Shown: positions 21,503 to 29,651, numbered from the stretch's first letter. The stretch is 47,722 nt of DNA from Pseudomonadota bacterium (GCA_021808035.1 JAKBCG010000001.1:1-47722); one strand, 5' to 3'. The notes: a model not told the origin generated them from the sequence alone. Numbers and translations are program-made.

Positions 21503-22501
21503 GTGCGCGGCATCCGCTCGATCGAGATCCTGTGCCTCGCGCTCGCGGCGCTGGTGCTGGTCTGGTCGAGCTCGATCGGCGCGCATCCCTGGGCGCTCGT
21601 GTCCCTGCTCGGCGCGTTCGCGGCGACGATCCTGGCGTTTCGATCCCGGCGCTTCCTGCCGAACCTCGGCCGCGTCCGCATGCAGGTCGAGTCCTGGGCG
21701 ATGGTCGCGTTCGTCAGCGCGGTGCTCTGGTTCACCGGCCGGGCCGACAGTCCGCTGGTGAATCTGTACCTGCTGCCGTTGATCCTCAGCGCATTCGCGC
21801 TCGGGCGGGCGACCGCGATGGCCCAGGTCGGCGCCGCGATCGCGGTGTACGCGGGTCTCGTCGTCGCCACCCCCGGGCTCGATCCGACCTGGCTCGCGAT
21901 GGCCGCGCGGACGGTGGGGGTGATGGCGCCGATCCTGCTCGTCGCGTACCTGACCTCGACCCTCGCGGCCGACGTGACCGAGGCACGGGACCGCATCGAG
22001 CGCCTGGCGCACGACGATCCGCTGACCGGCCTGCTCAACGCGCGCACCTTCGAGGCGGTCTGGGACCACGAGCATCGGTCGCGCGAACGCGACCACCGAC
22101 CCTATTCGGTGCTGTTCGTCGACGTGAACCAGCTCGACCGGATCAATGAGGAGTTCGGCCGGGAAGCGGGCGATGCCGCGCTGACGATGGTCGCGCGCTG
22201 CCTGCAGCGGAGCATCCGCACGAGCGATCGCGCCGCGCGATGTGGTGCGGACGAGTTCGCGGTGCTGCTGCCGGGGGCGCCCCCCGAAGTCGCCGGGACG
22301 ATCGTGAACCGGATCCGCCACAACGTGTTCAAGACGACGCTCGATCTGCGCTCGCGAATGATCCGCTGTAGCGTGAGCATCGGTGTCGCTTCCTATCCGC
22401 AGGATGCCCGCGAGCTGCGCGAGCTGCAGAGTCTCGCGGAGCATCGGATGTATCGCGACAAGGAATTGCGGCGGGCGCCGGGAGTCGAACCCGCGGTGTG
22501 A
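21503..22501 (+). CDS. membrane-bound GGDEF-domain protein with variant GADEF signature
   Basis: GTG start lies 15 nt after ctpA. About 5-6 hydrophobic helices precede the GGDEF domain: HDDPLTGLLNARTFE..FVDVNQLDRINEEFGREAGDAAL..RTSDRAARCGADEFAVLLPG. The signature is G-A-D-E-F (22244-22258), with an RxxD (RTSD) exactly 5 residues upstream. Confidence 0.85.
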   Translation: MRGIRSIEILCLALAALVLVWSSSIGAHPWALVSLLGAFAATILAFRSRRFLPNLGRVRMQVESWAMVAFVSAVLWFTGRADSPLVNLYLLPLILSAFALGRATAMAQVGAAIAVYAGLVVATPGLDPTWLAMAARTVGVMAPILLVAYLTSTLAADVTEARDRIERLAHDDPLTGLLNARTFEAVWDHEHRSRERDHRPYSVLFVDVNQLDRINEEFGREAGDAALTMVARCLQRSIRTSDRAARCGADEFAVLLPGAPPEVAGTIVNRIRHNVFKTTLDLRSRMIRCSVSIGVASYPQDARELRELQSLAEHRMYRDKELRRAPGVEPAV

Positions 22502-22536
22502 AGTCAAAAAAAGTACCGTCGATCGCGCGCAGCCTC

Positions 22537-22564
22537 TTGCAGATCCCGTGGTCCGCGGTAAAGT
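22537..22564 (+). promoter_or_regulatory. sigma-70-like promoter for pbpG
   Basis: TTGCAG (22537-22542), a 16-nt spacer, then TAAAGT (22559-22564), 24 nt upstream of the pbpG ATG. An A7 tract (22505-22511) sits in UP-element position. Pattern match only. Confidence 0.35.
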
Positions 22565-22587
22565 TGCGCAAGCTCGAAGGGAGAATC

Positions 22588-23499
22588 ATGTCCGCCAACG
22601 GTCGACGGCTTCAGAGGGCGGCAACGGTCTGTGGAGCGTTCGCCGCGCTGCTGATCGGTGCGACATCGCTTGCGACCCCGGTCCACCACCATGACCGTCA
22701 TCCGGTCCACCGCCGGGTGCGGCCGCGCGGTCCCGACCTGCGTTCGAGCGCCGCGCTGGTGGTCGATACGACCAACGGCGCGGTGTTGTATGCGAAGCGG
22801 CCGGATGCCGTCCAGCCGATCGCTTCCATCACGAAGCTGATGACCGCGCTGGTGGTGCTGGACGCGAAGCAGCCGCTGGATCAGCGGATCACGATCAAGC
22901 CGTCCGACCGGATCCACGGCAAGGGTTGGTACTCGCGCCTGAAGGTCGGGACGACGCTGACCCGCGGCCAGCTGCTGCATCTTGCGCTGATGTCCTCGGA
23001 GAACAGGGCGGCGCGCACGCTCGCGGACAACTATCCCGGCGGCCTCCCGGCGGCCATCAGGGCGATGAACCGCAAGGCGAAGGCGCTCGGGATGACCCAT
23101 ACGCACTTCGCCGACCCGACCGGGCTCACCCGTCACAACGTATCGACGCCGGGGGACCTCGAGAAGCTCGTCGTCGCCGCGTCGCATAACCCGACGATCC
23201 GGCGATTCTCGACCGACCGACGCTACGCGGTCCGCGTGCGCCGGCGCCTGGTGGAGTTCGGCACCACCGACGGGCTGGTCGCCAATCGCGCGTGGCGGAT
23301 CATCGTCCAGAAGACCGGCTTCATCAACGCCGCGGGACATTGCCTCGTGATGGAGACGGTGATCGATGGCCGTCGACTGGTGATCGTGCTGCTCGATTCC
23401 TGGGGAAAGTACACGCGGGTCGCCGATGCGGTGCGCGTCCGGCGCTGGCTCGAGGCGCGGGTGTTCTCGGGCCGCGACCGGCGGGTCACGATGCGCTAG
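22588..23499 (+). CDS. pbpG: D-alanyl-D-alanine endopeptidase / carboxypeptidase (S11, PBP7/PbpG-like)
   Basis: ATG 22588 follows the SD GAAGGGAGA. It has a signal peptide (AFAALLIGATSLATP), SxxK (IASITKLMT), SxN (MSSENRAART) and KTG (VQKTGFINAAG). The 30 upstream codons of the ORF track are rejected. Confidence 0.9.
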   Translation: MSANGRRLQRAATVCGAFAALLIGATSLATPVHHHDRHPVHRRVRPRGPDLRSSAALVVDTTNGAVLYAKRPDAVQPIASITKLMTALVVLDAKQPLDQRITIKPSDRIHGKGWYSRLKVGTTLTRGQLLHLALMSSENRAARTLADNYPGGLPAAIRAMNRKAKALGMTHTHFADPTGLTRHNVSTPGDLEKLVVAASHNPTIRRFSTDRRYAVRVRRRLVEFGTTDGLVANRAWRIIVQKTGFINAAGHCLVMETVIDGRRLVIVLLDSWGKYTRVADAVRVRRWLEARVFSGRDRRVTMR

Positions 23500-23512
23500 A
23501 AGCGCATCGTGA
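23486..23512. terminator. perfect 12-bp inverted repeat spanning both convergent stop codons (possible bidirectional terminator hairpin)
   Basis: TCACGATGCGCT-aga-AGCGCATCGTGA. The plus-strand TAG (23497-23499) and minus-strand TAG (23498-23496) share the central CTAG. No U tract on either side. Confidence 0.35.
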
Positions 23513-25646
23513 GATCCGCGCCCCAGGTACGCGGGTCGCCGAGCTGCGTGTAAAGCGCGTTCGGGAAATTCGGCGGCACGTCGCCGAAATAGAACCCGCG
23601 GACCGTGTAGTCCTTGTTCAGCAAATTACGCACCCACAGGTCGACGTCGTAGCGCGCGTTCTTCCAGCCGACCTTGACGTTCGCGAGCCCGTAGGGGTGT
23701 GACCGGGTCGGGTTCGGAGGCAGGTCGTAGTAGAACCCGCCCATGCCGGTCACGTCGATGCGCGCGTACGGGCCACGCGGATCCTGCCATTGGACGTTCA
23801 ACGCGCCCTGCCAGTCCGGCGCGTGCGGCAGGGGCCGGTCGGGCAGCGGCATCCCGTTCTGGACGAAACCGCGGTAGAGCGTCTGCAGCCACCCGAACGC
23901 CGCGCCGAACGTCACGGTCCGCGTCGCGCGCCAGCGCAGGCTGTTCTCGACCCCGTAGGAATAGCCGGATCTCGCGTTCCCCGTGTAGAACACGAACGTG
24001 TTCGGATCGTCGGCGACGAGCTGCGTGCCGGTCTTCAATTGCGGCGACTGGCGGCGCATGTAGAAGATCGACGTGTCGGCCTTCACCCGGCCGCGATCGG
24101 CCACGACCTTGTGGCCGATCTCGTAATCGATCAGCGACTCGGAGCCGAACGTGCGCTCGCCGGTCGGCAGTCCCTGGCTCAGGTTGAAACCGCCCGCCTT
24201 GTAGCCCCGCGAGATCAATGCATACAGATGCTCGTCGGGCCGCAGCGCATAGTCGAGCGACAGGTGCCCGCCCCACAGCGCGTAGGACGGCGCGAACGCG
24301 TTGCTCGTCGACGGCGCCCCGAGATTGGTCGTCAGGTCGTGATATCGGGTCGTATGCCGCTCGCCGCGCACGCCGACCGACCATCGCGTGCGCGAGCCGA
24401 GTTCGCCGCCGAGCTCGCCGTACAGGGCGACGTTGCTGGCGCGGTAACGGCTCGTCAGCACCGAATCGGTCGTCGACGCGTACTGCTGTATCGGATCGAC
24501 ATACACGCCGAGATTGGTGTCGCTCAGGCCTTCGCGCATCTGGAACCCGTAGACGCCGACGAGCCAGTCGATCCCCGGCCCGGGCTGCGACGCGAGTCGC
24601 AGCTCGAGGCTCCGGGTCGTGCGGTTCCGGGCTTGGAACTCGCTGTACTGGTAGGTATATGGTGCCCAGAGGAGTTCGTTCCCCCAGTCGCCATCGTAAC
24701 CGTAGCCGATCAGCGACCGCGCATACGTCGCGATCGCGGTCAACGTCGCCGCGTGCCAGCCGCGGTAGATCGAATGCAGGGACACGCCGGTCGAGTGTTG
24801 CACGTCCTCGCCCGGCTGATCGGACTCGGTCGTGCGCGAGTTGTCGATCGCCCAGGCATCGTAGCCGTTGTTGATCGCGACGTGCAGCACCGTCAGGTCG
24901 ACCCGTAGGTTCCGATCCGGCCGGTAACGCCAGCGGCCGCGCAGCGTCGTTTCGTCGCGGTTGTTGGTGTTGTTCCGATGCAGGTAGACGTTCGTGTAGA
25001 AGCCGTTGCTGACGTAGCGCTGCGCGGCGATGCGAAACGCCGAATCGAGCGCCGGGACCGGCCCGGTGAGCACCGCGCCGTACGACCGCGTGCCGTAGTC
25101 GCCGGCGCCGACTTCGACCCGTCCCCCGAATCGGTCGGAGGGTGCCTCGCTCTGGACGACGATCAGTCCGGCGAGCGCATTGGCCCCGTCGATCGTCGCC
25201 TGCGGGCCGCGCAGCACCTGGATCCGCGCCACGTCGAACAGGGTCGCGGCGGAGCCGAGACCGCTGAAATCGATGTCGTCGATGATGAAGCCGACCGACG
25301 GGTTGGGCGCGCCCTGATACTGCTCCAGTTCGCCGATTCCGCGGATCTGGAAATAACGCGGCCGTGACGTGTCCCCGGACCAGTTGAGGTCCGGCACCAG
25401 CGGCAGCACGTCCTCGAAATGCTGCTCGCCGGCGGTGCGCAAGGTATGCGCGCCGAGTACGGTCGCGCTGCCCGCGAGATCGACGTCCGACACCGCGCGC
25501 AACGTCGCGGTCACGACGATCTTCTGCAGGGAATCTCTATCGGGATGGGTGGTCGATGACGCCGTCCGCGCTTGCGCGCATAGCAGCACCGACGACGCGC
25601 AGCAGATCAGGACAGCGGCCCGCCGGGCCGTTCGCAGTCGAGGCAT
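23496..25646 (-). CDS. TonB-dependent outer-membrane receptor, TPP-riboswitch controlled (putative thiamine/thiamine-precursor receptor)
   Basis: 716 aa with a signal peptide (AAVLICCASSVLLCAQA). The plug region is LQKIVVTATLRAV..RYFQIRGIGE..VLRGPQATIDGANALAGLIVV. The barrel has the terminal ...ADLTMRF. A TPP aptamer lies immediately 5' of the start. Confidence 0.9.
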   Translation of the reverse strand: MPRLRTARRAAVLICCASSVLLCAQARTASSTTHPDRDSLQKIVVTATLRAVSDVDLAGSATVLGAHTLRTAGEQHFEDVLPLVPDLNWSGDTSRPRYFQIRGIGELEQYQGAPNPSVGFIIDDIDFSGLGSAATLFDVARIQVLRGPQATIDGANALAGLIVVQSEAPSDRFGGRVEVGAGDYGTRSYGAVLTGPVPALDSAFRIAAQRYVSNGFYTNVYLHRNNTNNRDETTLRGRWRYRPDRNLRVDLTVLHVAINNGYDAWAIDNSRTTESDQPGEDVQHSTGVSLHSIYRGWHAATLTAIATYARSLIGYGYDGDWGNELLWAPYTYQYSEFQARNRTTRSLELRLASQPGPGIDWLVGVYGFQMREGLSDTNLGVYVDPIQQYASTTDSVLTSRYRASNVALYGELGGELGSRTRWSVGVRGERHTTRYHDLTTNLGAPSTSNAFAPSYALWGGHLSLDYALRPDEHLYALISRGYKAGGFNLSQGLPTGERTFGSESLIDYEIGHKVVADRGRVKADTSIFYMRRQSPQLKTGTQLVADDPNTFVFYTGNARSGYSYGVENSLRWRATRTVTFGAAFGWLQTLYRGFVQNGMPLPDRPLPHAPDWQGALNVQWQDPRGPYARIDVTGMGGFYYDLPPNPTRSHPYGLANVKVGWKNARYDVDLWVRNLLNKDYTVRGFYFGDVPPNFPNALYTQLGDPRTWGADLTMRF

Positions 25647-25760
25647 CGCTCCCTCCGCCGGTATTAACCGGATCAGGTTCTATGGGTTTGCCGCGAGGCG
25701 CGTGATCGCGCCCATCCGGCATCTCAGGCCCCCAAACGAAGGGACCACCCCAGCGGTGCG
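25647..25760 (-). promoter_or_regulatory. TPP (THI-box) riboswitch
   Basis: The minus-strand RNA is CGCACCGCUGGGGUGGUCCCUUCGUUUGGGGGCCUGAGAUGCCGGAUGGGCGCGAUCACGCGCCUCGCGGCAAACCCAUAGAACCUGAUCCGGUUAAUACCGGCGGAGGGAGCG-AUG. It contains the conserved GGGGUG, CUGAGA, ACCC, AACCUGAUC-CGG-UUAAUA-CCG-GCG and AGGGA elements in the order of the E. coli thiM aptamer. The CGCU/AGCG P1 pairing places the SD (GGAGGGAG) in the 3' aptamer strand. A TATAGT -10-like box lies at 25767-25762. Confidence 0.82.
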
Positions 25761-25800
25761 TACTATACGCGTGCGCCCGGGCGAGCGCAGCCGTGCCGTC

Positions 25801-26184
25801 TCAGATCAGGGTGTGCAGTGCGCCGGCCAGGCCTCCGAGCACGAGGACGGTGACCGCAAGGAACGAGAGTCCGAAACCCGGGCCACGCTTCGCCGGGTCG
25901 CGCACGTACGCGGCCGAATACAGCTCCCGGCCGAGCAGGTACAGGACGCCGATCGCCGCGGCCCAGCGCGGATCCAGATAACGGCTGAACAGGTACAAGC
26001 CCGGCAACAGCACGATCAGCTGCTCGAGCGTGTTCTGCTGGACGCGGAAGCGGCGCTCGAAGATCTCGTGACCCGTGACCGCCGGCGCTCTTACTCCGTA
26101 GCGTTCGCGCGCGGCGCCGACCTTGAGTCCGAAGACGAGGTACTGCAGAACTGCGAGGGCGGTCACGATATCGACGTACGTCAT
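25801..26184 (-). CDS. MAPEG family membrane protein (microsomal GST-like)
   Basis: 127 aa from ATG 26184 with SD GGAGGA. It has 3-4 TM helices and the sequence ERYGVRAPAVTGHEIFERRFRVQQNTLEQLIVLLPGLYLF..LYLLGRELYSAAY. The upstream part of the 297-aa ORF is Arg/Pro junk. Confidence 0.8.
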   Translation of the reverse strand: MTYVDIVTALAVLQYLVFGLKVGAARERYGVRAPAVTGHEIFERRFRVQQNTLEQLIVLLPGLYLFSRYLDPRWAAAIGVLYLLGRELYSAAYVRDPAKRGPGFGLSFLAVTVLVLGGLAGALHTLI

Positions 26185-26240
26185 GGATGTTCCTCCGCGG
26201 ATGCGGGATTCTATCAGCCCAGAACGTGACGAGACCTCCC

Positions 26241-26741
26241 GTGAAAGCTGCCCACACCGGGACCCGCGGTTATGCTTGCCTGGCCGAAATCGAAGCGCCG
26301 CCGGCGCGCGTCTGGCGTGCATTGACCGAACCCGCGCTGGTGCGGATCTGGTCTGGAGCCGAGGCATGGATCGACGCGCGCGCCGGTGGCGAGTACCGGG
26401 TCGGCGACGGCGAGCGATGCCGGGAAGCGCGGATCGACGTCTACGAACCAAATCGCCGGCTGCGCCTGATCTACTTCGCCGAACGCGGGATGCCGCCGAG
26501 CGCGAGTGCGATCGTCGATGATTTCCTGCTCGACTCGCGCAAGGGACCCGGCCGGACGTCGCTGCGCCTGCTCGGCTCCGGGATCTGCGAGGCCGCCGCC
26601 TGGGACGCGTTCTACAAGCGCGTGCGGGTCGGCTGGGAGCGGGGGATGGCCCGGTTGAAGGTCGCGCTCGAGAAGCCCCCGCGAATGCGCCCACTGCCGC
26701 GGCCGCCGGCCGAGCCGCCGCTTCCCGGTCTCGACTATTGA
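26241..26741 (+). CDS. SRPBCC/AHSA1-like family protein
   Basis: The sequence LAEIEAPPARVWRALTEPALVRIWSG..GGEYRV..IDVYEPNRRLRLIYF fits SRPBCC. The start is uncertain: ATG 26187 would leave only 2 nt to the divergent MAPEG start, so GTG 26241 or 26226 is preferred, though neither has a clear SD. Confidence 0.65.
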   Translation: MKAAHTGTRGYACLAEIEAPPARVWRALTEPALVRIWSGAEAWIDARAGGEYRVGDGERCREARIDVYEPNRRLRLIYFAERGMPPSASAIVDDFLLDSRKGPGRTSLRLLGSGICEAAAWDAFYKRVRVGWERGMARLKVALEKPPRMRPLPRPPAEPPLPGLDY

Positions 26742-26822
26742 CCGATCCGATCGCGCGGCACCGGCCACGCTTGATATCCTAAGACCCCGCCCGCAGGTTC
26801 CGGCGACGGAGGAAAGGTTCGC

Positions 26823-27197
26823 ATGTTGGGCTTTCTGATTCGCGCCGCGATCGCTGCGCTCGGCCTGTGGATAGCGACCGCGTGGGTGCCGGGCATCACG
26901 ATCGACGGTCCGGCGACGCTCCTGTTCGCCGGGGTGCTGCTCGGCGTCGTCAACGCGGTCGTCCGGCCGATCGCGATCCTGTTGACGCTGCCGATGACGG
27001 TGTTTTCGCTGGGACTGTTCCTGCTGGTGATCAACGCGGGGATGGTCGCGCTGGTCGCGTGGATGCTTCCCGGCATGCACGTTGCGAGTTTCTCGGCGGC
27101 CTTTTGGAGCGCGTTGATCGTCAGCATCGTGAGCATGATCGGCTCGTGGTTCATCGGGCCGCGTGGCCGGATCCAGATCATCGTGCGGCGCGATTGA
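26823..27197 (+). CDS. DUF360 / phage-holin-4_2 family small membrane protein (YvlD-like)
   Basis: 124 aa with SD GGAGGAAAGG. It has four hydrophobic helices; MLGFLIRAAIAALGLWIATAWVPGITIDG..LLGVVNAVVRPIAILLTLPMTVFSLGLFLLVINAGM is typical of this family. No phage context. Confidence 0.8.
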   Translation: MLGFLIRAAIAALGLWIATAWVPGITIDGPATLLFAGVLLGVVNAVVRPIAILLTLPMTVFSLGLFLLVINAGMVALVAWMLPGMHVASFSAAFWSALIVSIVSMIGSWFIGPRGRIQIIVRRD

Positions 27198-27218
27198 AGC
27201 CCCGGTGGGCGCGCGCGC

Positions 27219-28151
27219 TCAACCGGCGCCCGGCTCGCTCCCACCACGCCGCCCGTACCGGCCCGCCTGGCTGCGCGTCAACAGCAGCAGTCCCGCGATC
27301 ACCGTCGCCATCCCGGCGATCTGCCGGCGGGTCATGGTTTCGTGCAGGAAACGCCAGCCGAGGAAGGTCGCGATCGTCGGGTTCACGAAGCTGTAGGTGC
27401 CGATCACCGCCGGTGTCGTGTTGACCGCGAGCCAACCGTAGGCGGAATACGCGAAGCAGGAACTCACGAAGGTGAGGTACGCGAGCGACGCCGCCCCGGG
27501 CAGATCGAGCGTCCATCGTGCGGCCTCACCGGTCGCGAATCCGGTCGCGAGCAGCAGCGCGCCGCCGACGATCAGCTGCAGGCCGACGAACATCAAGGGC
27601 GCCATGCGCGTTCCCGAATTCCGGTAGTACACGGTGCCGAGCGACCACGCGAGGCAGCCGGTGACGACGGCGAGCTTCGCGGTGAGCATGCGCGTCTGCG
27701 GCTGCGCCGCCGGCGCGAGCATCAACGCCGTGCCGGTGAAACCGAGCGCGAGGCTCACGATCGTCGCCACGGTCAGTCGATGACCCCGCCGGCCGAGGGC
27801 GCCGAGCGTCGCGATCCACAGCGCCGAGGTGCCGTTTAGCAGCGCGACCTCATGCGACGGCAGGAAGCGCATCGCCCAGACGCTGAGTCCGTTGCTCCCG
27901 AAGACCATCAATACGCCGCAAACGGCCACGAGACGGTAATCTCTCGCCGTGCCCGGCCATGGCTCGCGCAGCCAGCGGCGGGCGACCAGGGTGAGCACGA
28001 GCCCCGCCATCGAGAAACGGGCACCGGCGAACAGCGCCGGCGGCAGGTGCGTGACCCCGACCTTGGTGAACAGGAAGCTCGCGCCCCAGACCAGGTAGAC
28101 GGTCGCAAGGGCCAACGCGAGCTTCGCCCTGCGACGGGAATCGGCGAGCAT
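27219..28151 (-). CDS. EamA/DMT family transporter
   Basis: 310 aa with about 10 TM helices in two EamA-like repeats (LALATVYLVWGASFLFTKVGV...; ...YLTFVSSCFAYSAYGWLAV). Confidence 0.85.
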   Translation of the reverse strand: MLADSRRRAKLALALATVYLVWGASFLFTKVGVTHLPPALFAGARFSMAGLVLTLVARRWLREPWPGTARDYRLVAVCGVLMVFGSNGLSVWAMRFLPSHEVALLNGTSALWIATLGALGRRGHRLTVATIVSLALGFTGTALMLAPAAQPQTRMLTAKLAVVTGCLAWSLGTVYYRNSGTRMAPLMFVGLQLIVGGALLLATGFATGEAARWTLDLPGAASLAYLTFVSSCFAYSAYGWLAVNTTPAVIGTYSFVNPTIATFLGWRFLHETMTRRQIAGMATVIAGLLLLTRSQAGRYGRRGGSEPGAG

Positions 28152-28169
28152 GCCGTCGGACGCGAGCGC

Positions 28170-28958
28170 CTAGACCGGAGCCCCGCGCTCGGATTCTTCC
28201 TTCGCGCGTGCGGCGATCTTGTCCTTAAGCAGCACCTTCGACATCACGATCCCGACCTCGTAGAGCACGTACATCGGCACCGCCATGAAACTCTGCGAAA
28301 CGGCGTCCGGCGGCGTCAGGAACGCCGCGACGATGAAGGCCCCGAGCAGCACGAAGCCGCGGTTCTTCGTCAGGGTGGTGATCTTCACGACGCCCGCCCA
28401 TACCAGGAGCACGGTCGCGATCGGCACCTCGAATGCGGCGCCGAATGCGAGCAACAGCACCATCACGAAGTCGAGGTAATTCCCCATGTCGGTCATCATC
28501 ATCACGCCCTTCGGCGTGGTGGAGACGAAGAATCCGAGCATCACCGGAAACACGAAGAAGTACGCGAACGCCGCGCCGAGGTAGAACAGCAGCACGCTCG
28601 AGATCAGCAGCGGTATCGCGAGCTTCTTCTCGTGGCGATAAAGCCCGGGCGCGATGAACGCCCAGGCTTGGTAGAGCACGTAGGGCATCGCGAGGGCGAT
28701 CGCGGCGACCAGCGCGAGCTTGAACGGCACCATGAACGGCGCGACCACGCTCGTCGCGATCAAGGTCGAGCCGGCCGGCAGCCGGTGAATCAGCGGCTTC
28801 GCGACCCACGTGAACAGCTGGTTCATGTAGGTCGCGGTCGGGATGAAGCAGATCCCGATCGCCATCATCGCCTTCAGCAGGCGATCGCGCAGTTCCAGCA
28901 GATGCGAGATCAGCGTGCCTTCGGCGAGATCCTCGGTCGTGCCTTCCGGTTCAGCCAT
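28170..28958 (-). CDS. tatC: twin-arginine translocase subunit TatC
   Basis: 262 aa. LISHLLELRDRLLKAMMAI..PGLYRHEKK..FVFPVMLGFF..LTPPDAVSQ is typical TatC. It overlaps tatB by 8 nt (ATGGCTGA). Confidence 0.96.
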   Translation of the reverse strand: MAEPEGTTEDLAEGTLISHLLELRDRLLKAMMAIGICFIPTATYMNQLFTWVAKPLIHRLPAGSTLIATSVVAPFMVPFKLALVAAIALAMPYVLYQAWAFIAPGLYRHEKKLAIPLLISSVLLFYLGAAFAYFFVFPVMLGFFVSTTPKGVMMMTDMGNYLDFVMVLLLAFGAAFEVPIATVLLVWAGVVKITTLTKNRGFVLLGAFIVAAFLTPPDAVSQSFMAVPMYVLYEVGIVMSKVLLKDKIAARAKEESERGAPV

Positions 28959-29343
28959 TGGGAGGGCGGATCGACGGCGTGACCTCGGCCGTCGGCGCCG
29001 CAGGGTCGGCGGGAGGCGCGGGTGCTGGCGCGTGCGGCGCCGGCGGATCGACGGAGCCGGTGGTCATGACCGGCGACGGATCCGCCGGTGGAATCGGATC
29101 CGGCGAGAGGGTGGGCGCGGACTGCGCGTTCGCGGCCGGGGACGTCGGTCGCGAACGCTGCCGCAGGAGCTCCTCGGCGCTCACTTCGCGCTCGAGCTGC
29201 TCGCTCAACTGCCGGCTGAGCACCCGTGCACGGCCGACCCAGTTGCCGATCTGTCGCGCGACCTTCGGCAGCCGCTCCGGCCCCAGCACGACCAGCGCGA
29301 TCACCGAAGTCAGCAGGATTTCCGAGAAGCCGAAATCCAGCAT
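28951..29343 (-). CDS. tatB: twin-arginine translocase subunit TatB
   Basis: MLDFGFSEILLTSVIALVVLGPERLPKVARQIGNWVGRAR, followed by an amphipathic helix and a Pro/Ala-rich tail. Confidence 0.93.
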   Translation of the reverse strand: MLDFGFSEILLTSVIALVVLGPERLPKVARQIGNWVGRARVLSRQLSEQLEREVSAEELLRQRSRPTSPAANAQSAPTLSPDPIPPADPSPVMTTGSVDPPAPHAPAPAPPADPAAPTAEVTPSIRPPNG

Positions 29344-29350
29344 CGCCGCG

Positions 29351-29596
29351 TCACGCGCTGGTGTTCGGCGGTACCTTGGTCTCGCCTTCGCGTTTCGCGC
29401 CCGCGTCGAAGCCCGCGTCCGCGTCCTGCTTGATCTGCTTGACCTGTTCCTGCGTCTCGCCCTCGTTCATCGCGTCCTTGAAGCCCTTCACGGCCGCGCC
29501 GAGATCAGACCCGATCGTGCGAAGTCGTTTGGTGCCGAACACGACGAGCACGATCGCGAGGATCACCAGCAGCATCTTTGAATCGATCATTTCCAT
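29351..29596 (-). CDS. tatA: twin-arginine translocase subunit TatA
   Basis: 81 aa with ..[44 protein letters not shown] lies 5 nt upstream, and an alternative ATG is 2 codons downstream. Confidence 0.93.
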   Translation of the reverse strand: MEMIDSKMLLVILAIVLVVFGTKRLRTIGSDLGAAVKGFKDAMNEGETQEQVKQIKQDADAGFDAGAKREGETKVPPNTSA

Positions 29597-29651
29597 TCTC
29601 CGAATCCACGTCTGCCGTCTTGGACCCCGAATGATACGCGAAAGGTCCCGC

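Noticed and set aside
20618-22507. 629-aa minus-strand ORF
   Set aside because: It is antisense to ctpA and the GGDEF gene, with low-complexity Arg/Asp/His-rich translation.
26184-26241. ATG 26187 as start of the SRPBCC gene, only 2 nt from the divergent MAPEG start codon
   Set aside because: It would leave no room for either promoter, and the first about 18 residues are not family-like. A downstream GTG is preferred, though the true start remains unresolved.
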